The notes beneath the pieces are model-generated. The model did not search any database. It saw only the letters and a list, made by a program, of their open reading frames with translations, and was not told the DNA's origin. From Octopus vulgaris (Eukaryota), in the NCBI GenBank assembly GCA_951406725.2, contig OX597837.1, forward strand, positions 7,378,001 through 7,442,000: DNA of 64,000 bases, read 5' to 3'. Below, piece by piece: positions 26,965-39,492 of this stretch. Position numbers and translations under genes: made by a program. Each line of letters begins with the position of its first letter. The stretch's first letter is position 1.

Positions 26965-27344
26965 ACTCTTTTACTTGTTTCAGTCATTTGACTGGCCATG
27001 CTGGAGCACCGCCTTTAGTCAAGCAAATTGACCCCAGGACCTATTCTTTATAAGCCTAGTACTTATTCTATCGGTCTCTTTTGCTGAACCGCTAAGTTAC
27101 GGGGACGTAAACGCACCAGTATCGGTTGTCAAGCAATGTTGGGGGGACAAACACAGACACACAAACATACACACAGACACACAAATACACACACACATAT
27201 ATATATATATATACATACATTTATACAACGGGCTTCTTTCAGTTTCCGTCTACCAAATCCACTCACAAGGCTTTAGTCGGCCCGAGGCTATAGTAGAAGA
27301 CACTTGCCCAAGGTGTCATGCAGTGGGACTGAACTCGGAACCAC
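26965..27344 (-). mobile_element. SINE family A body and tail; a matching head lies inverted at 26770-26831
   Basis: High similarity to the 50134 copy. Confidence 0.9.
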
Positions 27345-29838
27345 AAAAAAAAAAATGAAAAAAAGATACATCATCACTGCTGACCTCTAAACCTTTTAAA
27401 GTACACGACAGACAAACGAAATTCAATTCAATGAATTATAAGTTCAATCCTTGTCACATCATGTCACGCCGTGTCAAAGTCGAATTTGTCTTGTTTCACT
27501 TTCGTTTCTTCAAAGGAGATTATTAGTAAATATCGGTGAGTGAGGGGGGGGGTGAGGGAGGGAGAAGTGGGGGGGAAGGCAGGAGGGAGAAAGTCGGCAG
27601 GAGCAATACAATTGATTATACCTCGCGTCGCGTCTCGTCTCTCCTCTTAAATACGCCGTATTATGAATTTTTGCGGCGCTGTGTCGATGATGTAAGAAAC
27701 CATTAACGCTGCAAAATTGATTGGAATGTGATATTGGAAATGGTATGGGGGTGGGTGGGTGGGTGAAGGTGGTGGGGCTAAGTGGAAGCGAGGGAGAAGG
27801 AGAGTGGGGAGAGAAGGAGGGAGGATGAGGAGAACATGACACAGGCTTAGAAACGTAAAAACAGACAGACAGGAAAGTGAGTGAATGTCACCACCACACT
27901 TCGCCGAACTACACACCACCACCACCACCACTACTACAAGAGATTCTGAATAGAATGACTGAGTAGATGGATGTATTTATTTACACAGGATAATAAAACT
28001 GAGCTTGTTGAGAGAGAGGTGGGAGAGAGAGAGGAAAAGAAAGGGAGTGAAAGAAATGAAGAAAGGTGGTTGTGGGGGGAATGTGAAAGTAGGGCAGCCG
28101 TTATAAGAGAAAAAGAATCTGAAATTAGATGCTAGTGTAGGTAGGAGTAGAAATGAAGTAATCAAAGGAATTAGACGAAAATGAAGAAGAAAGTACGGAA
28201 ACTTCGACAGTAGAGAGAAGCGGATAATGACGAGGTATTGAGATGGTGTGTGTAGAATGAAATGGCAGCGACTGAATTGTGGGTTGGGTTGGGGGATGAG
28301 GATAAGTGTGATGGTGGTGGTGTTATGGAGAAAGAAAAACTGAAAGTGTTTAAAGAAAAGGAGAGAATGACTGAAAAAAGAAAAAGAGGAAAAAGAGAAT
28401 GAATGAATGAAAGGAAAGAAAAAAAAGAAAGAAAATCGTTTGAGGGAAGAATTTGAAAGAAATACCAGGAAAACCATTACAGCTATCACCAGAACCACAA
28501 TCGCATTTGTGTGATAAACAAAGACAAATTGGCAAGCTGAACGGGACAGAAGAATACACTCGTACACAGATTTGTCAATATATACATACACGGGCCTATA
28601 TATATGTGTATATACATATATATATATATACACACACAGACACACGTATATGTGAGTATATATATATATATATATAAATGCACATGTACAGGTGAGTGTG
28701 CATATATATGTGTATGTGTGTTCATACATATGTATGCTTATACATACCTGTGTGTATGTGTATATATGTATATATATACACTCACACATGTGTATTTATA
28801 TACATAGATATTAACATATACACACACACACACAAACACAAGAATATATACATATATAGATACACATTTACACACAAACATACATACAAATACATATATA
28901 TATATATATATACACAAACGCACACACAAATACATACATATATAAACACCCGCACATATATGCACACAGACACACACACACATAAATATATACATGCATC
29001 CACAAACACATGTACAAATTATGTCTGTGTTTAGTGTTAAGAAGCTAGCCGGGGTGGGGCTGGGGTAAGATTAAGAAAATCTGCGAGGAGGGTAGGGTGT
29101 GGGGTGGGGGTGCCGGGAGCGATTAACTGCGGAGATGGAACAAAATATTAAACGAAACAGAACGCCCTCCCACCACGACCACCACCACCACCCACCGCTT
29201 TTGCAAGAATGTTCCATTGTTAAGTGACACAGCTGTCCCAGACCACCCACATCCCCACCCATTCATCTTCAGCCTCCTCCTCTTTTTCGTTCAGACTTTC
29301 CCCACCTCCAACCATCCACCCCCACATTACCAGTCACTTCCCCCCACCCATCTTCAAGACATCTCTTCCACCTATTAAACACCCTACCATCACCACCAGA
29401 CCATTCTTAGGTCCCCAGTCAATCTTAAGCCATCCATTCCTCTTCACCATCTTCCTCTTCCTCCCCGAGGTATTTCTTCCACCCTAAACACTACCCCGCC
29501 ACCATTCGCCCAAAATGCTGACATTAAGTGATTAGGCAAGTTACACAACTCAACCATGTTGAATTTGTCTGGCATGGGGGGGGGGTGAGGTGAATGAGGC
29601 GCAGAGAGGGGAGTTGTGCCATTTATTTGGCGCTGAAGAAGAAAAAAATGGAGACGGTGACACAACAGACAGACACTGACAAACGTACATACAAACAATG
29701 ACACACACACAAACACACAAGCATTAACATCATCATCATCATCATCATCATTTAACGTCCATTATCTATGCTGGCATGGGTTGGTCACACACACACACAC
29801 ACATACATACATACACTCAAAAACACACACCACATATT

Positions 29839-30052
29839 CTTTTCTACTGTAGACACAAGGCCCTAAATTTTGGGGGAGTGGGCTAGTCGATTAGATCGAC
29901 CCCAGTATGCAACTGGTACTTATTTAATCGACCCCGAAAGGATGAAAAGCAAAGTCGACCCCAGCGGAATTTGAACTCAGAACATAAAGACAGACGAAAT
30001 ATCGCTAAGCATTTTGCCCGGTGTGCTAAAGATTCTGCCAGCTCGCCGCCTT
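29839..30052 (-). mobile_element. SINE family B, full length, tail type 2
   Basis: 15-bp TSD cacacaccacatatt at 29824-29838 and 30053-30067. Confidence 0.9.
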
Positions 30053-31541
30053 CACACACCACATATTGATGTACATATAAGGACATAAGGACATATTGAT
30101 ACAGAGTGGCCATGTGGCTTCAGGTTCAGTCCTTGTGTGTGGCACCTTGGACAAGTGTCTTCTACGATAGCACTCCAGAAGCTGAACAAAACCTTGTAAG
30201 AGAATTTGGAAGACAGAAACTGAAAAGAACTCATCACACACATGTGTGTATGTCAGAAAACTTGCAAGACAATATCTGGACTTAAAAGACATGTGCTAGT
30301 TCAGAAAAACTTTCCTTCAGAATCAGGTTCCAAAGGGCAAAGATGAAGAAATAACTTGAATAATATCTGTCACTTGTGTTTTAAACCCTGTTAGCCAGCA
30401 GCTGGTCTTAAAAGCCATTTGAGGGCTCATCAATGGAGTGATTGCACTGTGTGATGGGGTGTGGTGTGTGTGGTGATTGGACAGCTATCAACTCTCAAGA
30501 TGAAGCAATCATCATGTGTATATATACATGTGTGTGTGTATGTGTGTGTGTGTCTCTTTGTCTTGTCATCACCACCCTGCAACAGTTGTAAAATAAATGT
30601 TGCCATCCATACAAATACTGTTGTTTATATCCAATCTTCTGTGAAAACATGTCCGGTTGATTGTTGGCAACAGGAAGAGCATCCAGCCATTGAAAATCTG
30701 CCTCAATAAATATCCATATGTGTCCTTGAAATGATCAATCCTGTCAATGATCTGTTTGCCACAGTATATGGCAAATCTAGTCCTTTGAGGTAGAGATACA
30801 ATCCGCTTGTGGTTGAGTACTCCTAAGACATGCACATCCTTAATGCAATAATCTTCAGCCAAAACCAAAGTGAATCCATGAATAATCCAATGGGATTCCA
30901 TGCAGTTTCTGTCAACCAAATTTCACTTCAAAGTTCGGAATCACCCAAACCAAGGTTTAAGGTAAAAAATAAATAAATAAACAAAAAATTTACCCAAGAT
31001 GCAATGCAAATCAAACCCAAGATGTTGCGATGACAAGACAAACTTCTTAAACACCAGACAATGTCTGTGCCCCATAAATGCATTTATATGAAAATTATAT
31101 GTACTTCATACTTAATATAAACAACAAACCTAAATAAATTATACAAGCCTTTACATACACACACATAAACATGTATAATATTTCTGCATACACACAGCTA
31201 TTGAAACATTTATATACATCTGCAGACACATATATAGATGACACTTATGCAGCCACATTCTAAATGTATACACAAATATATCAGTTTGCTAAACACTGAG
31301 GAGGTGTTTTAGATAGATTTTATTTCAACAAGTGGTTATGTAATCCTTGCAATAATTCATCAAAACATGTGAATGTTTTATAAAATATAAAATACCACGT
31401 TTCCTGTATTTTATAAACACACACACACTCAAAATACCACAAACACATGTATACAATTGTAGACATGATTATCTGTGTATACACACACACATACAGAGAC
31501 AGCCAATCTTCGAACAAAAGCAAGGTTAGTAGGTTCCATAA

Positions 31542-31770
31542 AGCGGCAAGCTGGCAGAATGGTTAGCACACCAGGCGAAATGCCGAGAGGTATTTCGTCT
31601 GCCGCTACATTCTGAGTTCAAATTCCGCTGAGGTCGACTGCCTTTCATCTTTTCAGGGTCGATTAAATAAGTACCAGTTACGCACTGGGGTCGATATAAT
31701 TGACTTAATCCATTTGTCTGTCTTTGTTTATCCTCTTTGTGTTTAGCCCCTTGTGGGTAGTAAAGAAATA
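31542..31770 (+). mobile_element. SINE family B, full length, tail type 1
   Basis: Aligns with the 8145 copy; flanking direct repeat taggttcc. Confidence 0.9.
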
Positions 31771-32159
31771 TGTAAATAGGTTCCTTTCGTTTCTCAGTTT
31801 TATATATATGTATGTATTAGTGTGTATTCCTATGTGTGTGTGTGTGTGTGTGTGTGAGTATTTATGTGTATGTATACCATTTGTAAATGGGACAGTGAAA
31901 ATAGTAAAAACGTACCCCACCCCATATGAATGTGTGTGTGTGTGTGTTGTCTTGTAAATTACTTGGTGACTGGGTTGGTGTAGGTACCACATAAAAAGCA
32001 CCCAGTGCCCTCTGTGAAGTGGTTGGCATTAGGAAGGAGCACCTGACTGTAGAAACCATGTCGAAACAGACAATGGAACTTATGCCGAATTGCTAAGTGA
32101 CAGGGACATAAATAAACCAACACCAGTTGTCACGTGGTGAGTGGAACAAACACAAACAC

Positions 32160-33300
32160 ATCATCGTGCATTATCCTGTAGCTTTGAGATTTCAATGTGA
32201 TTGTTTAGTTTTAGAAATGATATTGTAAGGTATGTGTGAGAGGCCAGATCTGTCCAGTTTTAGCATAAAACATATAGAATATTTGAACCAGATACAGCTG
32301 GTTTAAGTACAAGAGGGTTTGACCCTTTCGATACCAACCTGGCTGAAACTGCTTCTGGCTCTGTAGTACAAATGTCTTGTTTTCAAAAGTTCTGAATTAA
32401 AATCTTCCACCAAATCTTAGCCAGAATTTATGTTCTTAACACTAGCTTAATGATAATTAAGTTACTTTACTAAATTCTTTGTTACATTTAAAATCAATTG
32501 AAAGAAACAAGGAGCATCTCAAAATAAATATGGTAACCAATGGGTTAAATCCTTTCAACAGCAAAATGCCAGAGACCAATCTTAGGTCCTATGGTAAAAA
32601 AAACCATGTTCCAACCCTTTAGCATTCCAAATTACTCTGTCAAATGTAATGCTTATTTATTCACCTTGTTTTGAATTAATCACACATTATCTCATACCTT
32701 TGAGATTTCAATGACATTATTTTTAGAATATCATAGGGGAGATGAAAGAGGGTGGATATGGCTAGTTTGAACATTTGGGACTGATCTGGCCAGTTTATAT
32801 ACTAGAGGTTTAAATCTTTTTGGCTACAAAATGCCAGAGAGTATCATCATCATCATTGTTCGACCGTGGTCAAGACAATGGAATTCACTATGCTATGCCA
32901 GATTTCACGGTCCAACATAGCATTACGGAGGTCCTGTTGCTGGATGCCTGTATCCTTGGAGATTACATCAGGGTAGGAGAGTGTGCGCCCTCTGGTATTG
33001 TGAGTAGATGGCTTCCATAGGAGAAGTGTAGAAATTGTCTCGTTTTCAGCTCTACAATAATGTCCAGCAAACTGGACTCTCCTACCTTTCACAAGAGATG
33101 ATACAGGTGGTAGTTCCCCATATATTTGTACTTTGGTTGGATGACGCTAGAGAGCAACCCTAGGTCTATGATAAAAGAATCACGTTCTAACCCTTTAACG
33201 ATCAGATTACTCAATGAGATTTAATGCTTATTTGTTTTGTTTTGTTTTGAGTTAATCAGGAATTATCTTGTGGTTTTGAGATTTCAATGATGTGATTACG
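32160..33300. mobile_element. Chain of piggyBac-type MITEs of two or three families
   Basis: Repeated (TT)AA-CCCTTT / AAGGG-TT(AA)-like junctions near 32320, 32545, 32615, 32810 and 33190; 32322-32544 is an inverted copy of 4919-5138. Confidence 0.65.
32842..33145 (-). mobile_element. 5'-truncated RTE/RTEX-like LINE 3' end with (GAT)n tail
   Basis: KGRRVQFAGHYCRAENETISTLLLWKP...AMLDREIWHSIV*; (GAT)n follows the stop; TSD gcYagagag at 32833-32841 and 33146-33154. Confidence 0.85.
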
Positions 33301-33374
33301 TTTATTAATTTGTGCTGTAAGATTCCTGATGTGAAACCATGTGTTGAAACAAATATTGTTGTATTTCAGGATGG

Positions 33375-33757
33375 TCATCATCATCATCATCATCATCGTT
33401 TAACGTCTGCTTTCCATTCTAGCATGGGTTGGACGATTTGACTGAGGGCTGGTGAACCAGATGGCTGCACCAGGCTCCAATCTTGATCTGGCAGTGTTTC
33501 TACAGCTGGGTGCCCTTCCTAATGCCAACCACTCCGAGAATGTAGTGGGTGCTATTACGTGCCACCAGCATGAGGGCTAGTTTGGCAGTACTGGCAACGA
33601 CCTCACTCAAACCTTTTTACACGTGCCACCAGCGCAAGTGCCAGTAAGGCGATGCTGGTAATGATCACGCTCGAATGGTGCGTTTTACATGCCACCGGCA
33701 CGGGAGCCAGTTAACCACTCTGGCAATGATCACACTCAGATGGTGCTCTTAGCACCC
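33375..33757 (-). mobile_element. SINE family C with internal ~60-bp subrepeats
   Basis: (CAT)n tail, conserved 3' block, three acRtgccacc...ctggYaa..ga units. Confidence 0.85.
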
Positions 33758-34033
33758 TAATTTATTATTTTTTTCCTGTCAAATAATGAAGTGATTGTTT
33801 ATTTTTAGGATGATATTGTAGGGTAGGTGTAAGAGGCTGGATCTGGTTAGTTTGAACATAGAATGGGCAGAATATTTTAGTTAGATTTCACTGGCTTAAA
33901 TGCTAAGAACTTAAATTGATCTAAATTAAAAACCCTGTATCAAAATTTGGTGTTTCAGATAATTAATGAAATACTTTATTACTTTCAAGACTAATTAAAA
34001 ACAATATATTTCTATGAAAATATGGTAATATAA

Positions 34034-34600
34034 GATGCCGGCATGACTGTGCTAAGTAGCTTGGTTACCAGCCATATGGTTCCAGGTTCAGTCCCACTGC
34101 GTGGCACCTTGGGCAAGTGTCTCCTACTATAGCTTCGGGCCAATCAAAGCCTTGTGAGTGGATTTGGTAGATGGAAACTGAAAGAAGCTCATCATGTATA
34201 TATATGTTTCTTTCCTTGTTTTTTCTGTGTCCCTTTCTGTAGAAGAGCGTAGGCTCGAAATGTAAAATACTTTTTCTATTCCTGAGCGTTATACTAATAC
34301 ATCTGTTTGTTTTGTACATCACCTGTCTTCGTCTTTTGTTTTTTTTCGTAAACTCTCCCTACATATATATATATGTATGTGTGTGTGTGTTTGTGTGTCT
34401 GTGTTTGTCTCCCCACCTATCACTTGACAACCAATGCTGGTGAGCTTACATTTCCATAACTTAGTGGTTTGGCAAAAGAGACCGATAGAATAAGTTCTAG
34501 GCTTACAAAGAATAAGTCCTGGGGTTGATTCGTTCAACTAAAGGCAGTGCTCCAGAATGGCTGCAGTCAAATGACTGAAACAAGTAAAAGAATAAAAGAG
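34034..34600 (+). mobile_element. SINE family A, full length, with nested insertion
   Basis: Head and CORE-like block 34034-34200; tail 34380-34600. Confidence 0.88.
34206..34362 (+). mobile_element. Short hammerhead-like-motif element nested in SINE (TA)n
   Basis: ttt-CTGTAGA-a-GAGC-gtag-GCTC-GAAA-tgta-aaa at 34234-34267, then ttcctgagcgt..taata shared with the 52464 family. Confidence 0.7.
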
Positions 34601-34634
34601 ATTAATCTATATTCCAAACTTCAGCTCAATAATG

Positions 34635-34849
34635 GTTTCACATTTTGGCGCAAGGCCAGCAATTTCTGGGGGTGGTTAAGTTGAATACAACAACCCCAGT
34701 GCTCAACTGTTACTTATTTATTCTATCGACCCAGAAAGGATAAAAGGCAAAGTCGACCTCGGTGGAATTTGAACTCAGAACGTAAAGACAGACGAAAATA
34801 CTGCTAAGCATGTTGCCCAGCGTGCTAACGATTCTGCTGGCTCGCTATC
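34635..34849 (-). mobile_element. SINE family B, tail type 2
   Basis: aaggcaaagtcgacctcggtggaatttgaactcagaacg...gctaacgattctgc. Confidence 0.85.
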
Positions 34850-35099
34850 TTACACCAGATGAATAATGACAAAGATATTTTGCTAAATTCTTCATCATCA
34901 TCATTTAGCGTCTGCTTTCCGTGCTGGCATGGGTTGGACGGTTTGACAGGAACTGGTGAGCCAGAGAGCTGCACCAGATTCCATTTCAAAATTAATTAAA
35001 ATAAACGTGATGTTTCCTAATTGAAATATTCTAAGCAAAGGAACAAATAAATCTTGAATTTATAAATAAACTGCAATATTTTTGTGAGGAGAGACACTA

Positions 35100-35512
35100 C
35101 ATTGTCAAATGTCCCATTAAAAAATAGCAGCCAAATCTCCCTCAAATTACATCCAGTTATCAACAGAAGTAGAGATAACACACATTGTCAAATGGCCCAT
35201 CGAAAAATAGCAGCCAAATCTCCCTCAAAATACATCCAGTTATCAGTAGAAGTAGAAATAACACATGGTCAAACGGCCCGTCAAAAAATAGCAGCCAAAT
35301 CTCCCTCAAATTACATCCAGTTATCAACAGAAGTAGAGATAACACACATGGTCAAATGGCCCATCGAAAAAGAGCAGCCAAATCTCCCTCAAATTACATC
35401 CAGTTATCAACAGAAGTAGAAATAACACATGGTCAAATGGCCTGTCGAAAAATAGCAACAAAATCTCCCTCAGATTACATCCAGTTATCAACAGAAGTAG
35501 AAATAACACACA
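35100..35512. repeat. 81/83-bp minisatellite, 5 units
   Basis: gtcaaa anchors at 35104, 35187, 35268, 35351 and 35432. Confidence 0.95.
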
Positions 35513-36202
35513 AGGGAATATATAGGTGGTCAGTCAGAAAACTGCAGGGGTTAATACAGTCCTTGACAGGTGATAGAGACTGGATGGCCATGGGTGGGAA
35601 TTTCCATGATCACAGATATATTGAATTAGAGAATCAGAGTTGAACTGGGGTTTGAGAATACATCAAGATTTTCAAACCATCTTAGAAGTCTTTACAGGAT
35701 AGGATGGATCTGCTAGAAGTAGCAGCCAAATTTCCCCTGATTATTAACTTGTTTCTGAAAAGGAAGTTAGTGTGTGTGTGGGGTGGGGTAAAATACTGGT
35801 AAATTGGTCAAGAGTGTGAATATATCCGATCACAAGGAAGTGGGGACAGCCTGTTATCCTTCTCGGAAAAAATTCAGGGCTACACAGATTGACAAAAAAA
35901 CGGAACTGTATTCGTTTTTGAAGGCAAAAGACACGGAGTCGCACCTCGTTCTCCTTATTACTCTCTCTCTCTCTCTTACATGCACACACACAGTCCACAC
36001 TCAGGAGCGGCCTGCTCGGCAGTGGTGGCCACATAACAGCAATAGACTCGTACCTAAATTAGAATACAGACCGTTAAAGGGGTCAAGGGACTGACAGACA
36101 GACAGAGAGAAAAAGAAAGAATGTTTCCCCAGCATGAGTGCAGGTTCAGAGCAGAAACGAGACCGAATGCACAGACGCAATTCATATATACAGATTATAT
36201 AC

Positions 36203-36252
<50 letters not shown>

Positions 36253-36516
36253 AACACATATATATTCACATGAAATATATACAATCACGCATGTACCAAC
36301 AATCTCTCTCACTCTCTATGTGTGTGTGTATATATATATATATAAAGATATATATGTAAATATATATACACATGTACCGTACCCATTGCCGTTAACCAAG
36401 TAATTTTAATTAAAATTTTACAAAATGAGGTATACATACATACATTTATATATATATATACACATACAAATATATTCATATTCAACCATATATAGCAAAA
36501 AGCATTTCTTTCTGTG

Positions 36517-36612
<96 letters not shown>

Positions 36613-37105
36613 GACAGACAGACAGACAGATAGATAGTTAGATAGATATATAGATAGAGAGATAAATGGATAGACTGATAGATAGATAAATGGATAGATA
36701 GATAGACAGACAGGTAGGTAGATAGATGATAGATAGATAGATAGCCAGACATACAAATATATATGTATATATTTAGAGACAGACAGAGATAGAGGAAGAC
36801 AAACAGTCAGAGAGAGACAGACAGAAACTGGGTGAATAATAAAATACTAAAATGGAGAAGAGTTTGGAAGGAGAGAAAAGTGTGGTGAAGAAATTTTTGA
36901 AAAAAAAAAAACAAAGAAAAAAAAAACAAGCACTAACAAGGCTGGCAGGCAGACAGACAGGCAGACAGACAGAGGCATTGAAAGAAGACAGACTGCAGGG
37001 ACATTTGGCAGAAGTAGACTGGAAGGAACAGAGAGCAATATTGGTACAGTGAAGGAGGAGGAAGGGAAGGAGACAGGGGAACAGAGAGAGGGGGAGGAGG
37101 CAGTG

Positions 37106-37160
<55 letters not shown>

Positions 37161-37413
37161 GTGGTTAGTTTACTCCTTGGCCCACAGCATGGCTTTTTTT
37201 TCACCATCAGTTCTCAATGAAAGTGAAAATGAAAATGAGGTTGTGTGTGTGTGTGTGTGTGTGTATGGTAGTGTATGTGTGTGTCATGCATCTGAGGGTA
37301 CTTACTGTTTAAAGGGAGCAGATATTAGGGTTTTAGTACAAACGGGTGCCCTATGTACTTTCAAGATATCCTGACAATGCTGTCTGGCCTTAAAAGAAAT
37401 ATATCCATGTGCC

Positions 37414-37480
<67 letters not shown>

Positions 37481-37739
37481 ACTATTTCAAAAATATTAAA
37501 TATCATCATCATCACCATCATTTAAAATCTGTTTCCCCATGCTGGCTTCAGAAGTACCAAATATATTGAATATATATATATGAAGTACAAAATACAACTT
37601 ATAAATGAATTATACCTACATAAGTTGTATTCCGTGCTTCATATATATATATATATATTCAATATATATATATATGTGTGTGTGTATATAATATTTGGTG
37701 CTGTAGCATGGCCGCAGCCGCTTGGATGAAAACGAATAA

Positions 37740-37799
<60 letters not shown>

Positions 37800-39031
37800 C
37801 GTTATATTTTGGACTTGTGTGTGTGTATATAGTGAGAGAGAGAGAGCAATTTAAAATTTAAATCGCCAATCAAATAACCAATATTTGTATATACAAATAT
37901 ACACAGATGCGTGTGTGTGTTTATAAACATGTGTGTGAATATAGACACACACACACACTTATCATCATCATCACTATCACCAACATCATCGTTTTATGCA
38001 CATTATTCCATAACTGGCATAAGGTTGGACAGTTCATTGCAGTTTTTTGGAGTCCATTCTTCAAGCAGGAGTCGCTGTCCTCCAAGGCAGGTTGGAGGCC
38101 CATGTCTTACTGGGTTGTACCATCCTTTCTAAATGCAGATGCCCTGCCTCACATCAGACACTTCCCTACAGCATGAACTGGGTGCAGACTTTAGTTTTAT
38201 TTTGGCCCTTTTTTATATTTTTTTTTATATGGTGCAAGCACTACAGGGGCTGTTTTGCAATACACATGCCTGTTGGAAAACAGATCTCCGCAGACACACA
38301 CACACACATATATATATATACATACACACACATATATTGTATATATTATATGTACATATATACATAGACAACTATATAGAGAGATATATATGCACACACA
38401 CATACAAATCCATGTGTGCATATATACATACATGCGTGTGTGTATATCGATATCTGAATACACACGTATGTCTATATCTCTCTCTAATCTATCTATGTAT
38501 ACACACACACATATATATATATTATACACACACACTCATACATGTATACACACACATATAACACTATTATTATCATTAAACATCCATAATAATAAATATA
38601 TATAGGCATATATAGGCATTTGTTCTGTCTGCGGAAAGCGGTGCCCGACATATATATATATATATATATAAAGACACAAATATGTATAAATACATTAACA
38701 CACACACATAAAGTGATATATATGTATAAATGTGTGTGTGTAGAAGAGTATATAGATATATATATATATAAGTATATATATTAAATATATCATCATCATG
38801 TGTGTGTGTATATATATGTGGCATACATTAAATAGGAGAGTGAGCATGAACACACACTTACACACACAAGTGTGTGTGTCTGAGTGTGTCATATAAATCT
38901 GGACCTTATCCATTCCAAGGAACAATATTTAGGTCTCTGAGAATAAAGAACAGGAAAGTATCCTATTCGTTCTGTCTGCGGAAAGCGGTGCCCGACATCT
39001 AAACCATTTGCATTCCACTTACCATTCTCAC

Positions 39032-39071
<40 letters not shown>

Positions 39072-39101
39072 CATACAAGAACGTGTAACATTATACACAT
39101 A

Positions 39102-39142
<41 letters not shown>

Positions 39143-39221
39143 ACACACACACACTCATACACAGAAATATATCAGGAACTGCATGTCTGTAAACATATAC
39201 ATATATACATACATACAGATA

Positions 39222-39263
<42 letters not shown>

Positions 39264-39459
39264 CATCCATAAACAGACACAATGATAGTAATTGCATGTC
39301 TATAGTTATACACACACACACACGTGTGCATATAAATATATATATACACACACACAATATAATAGAAAATGCAGCTCTGAAGGCAGTCTTCCCAGCTAGG
39401 TTTTTCCCGCGATGGTGAAATGAAAGTAAGCTGTGTGCATTCAAATGTGCACATATATG

Positions 39460-39492
<33 letters not shown>

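Noticed and set aside
35100-35512. CRISPR-like array and 152-aa repeat ORF
   Set aside because: Whole units repeat with no unique spacers; eukaryotic context; unit lengths shift the frame.
35995-36070. Possible minus-strand exon after ttctaatttag
   Set aside because: No clear donor and no recognisable peptide in any frame.
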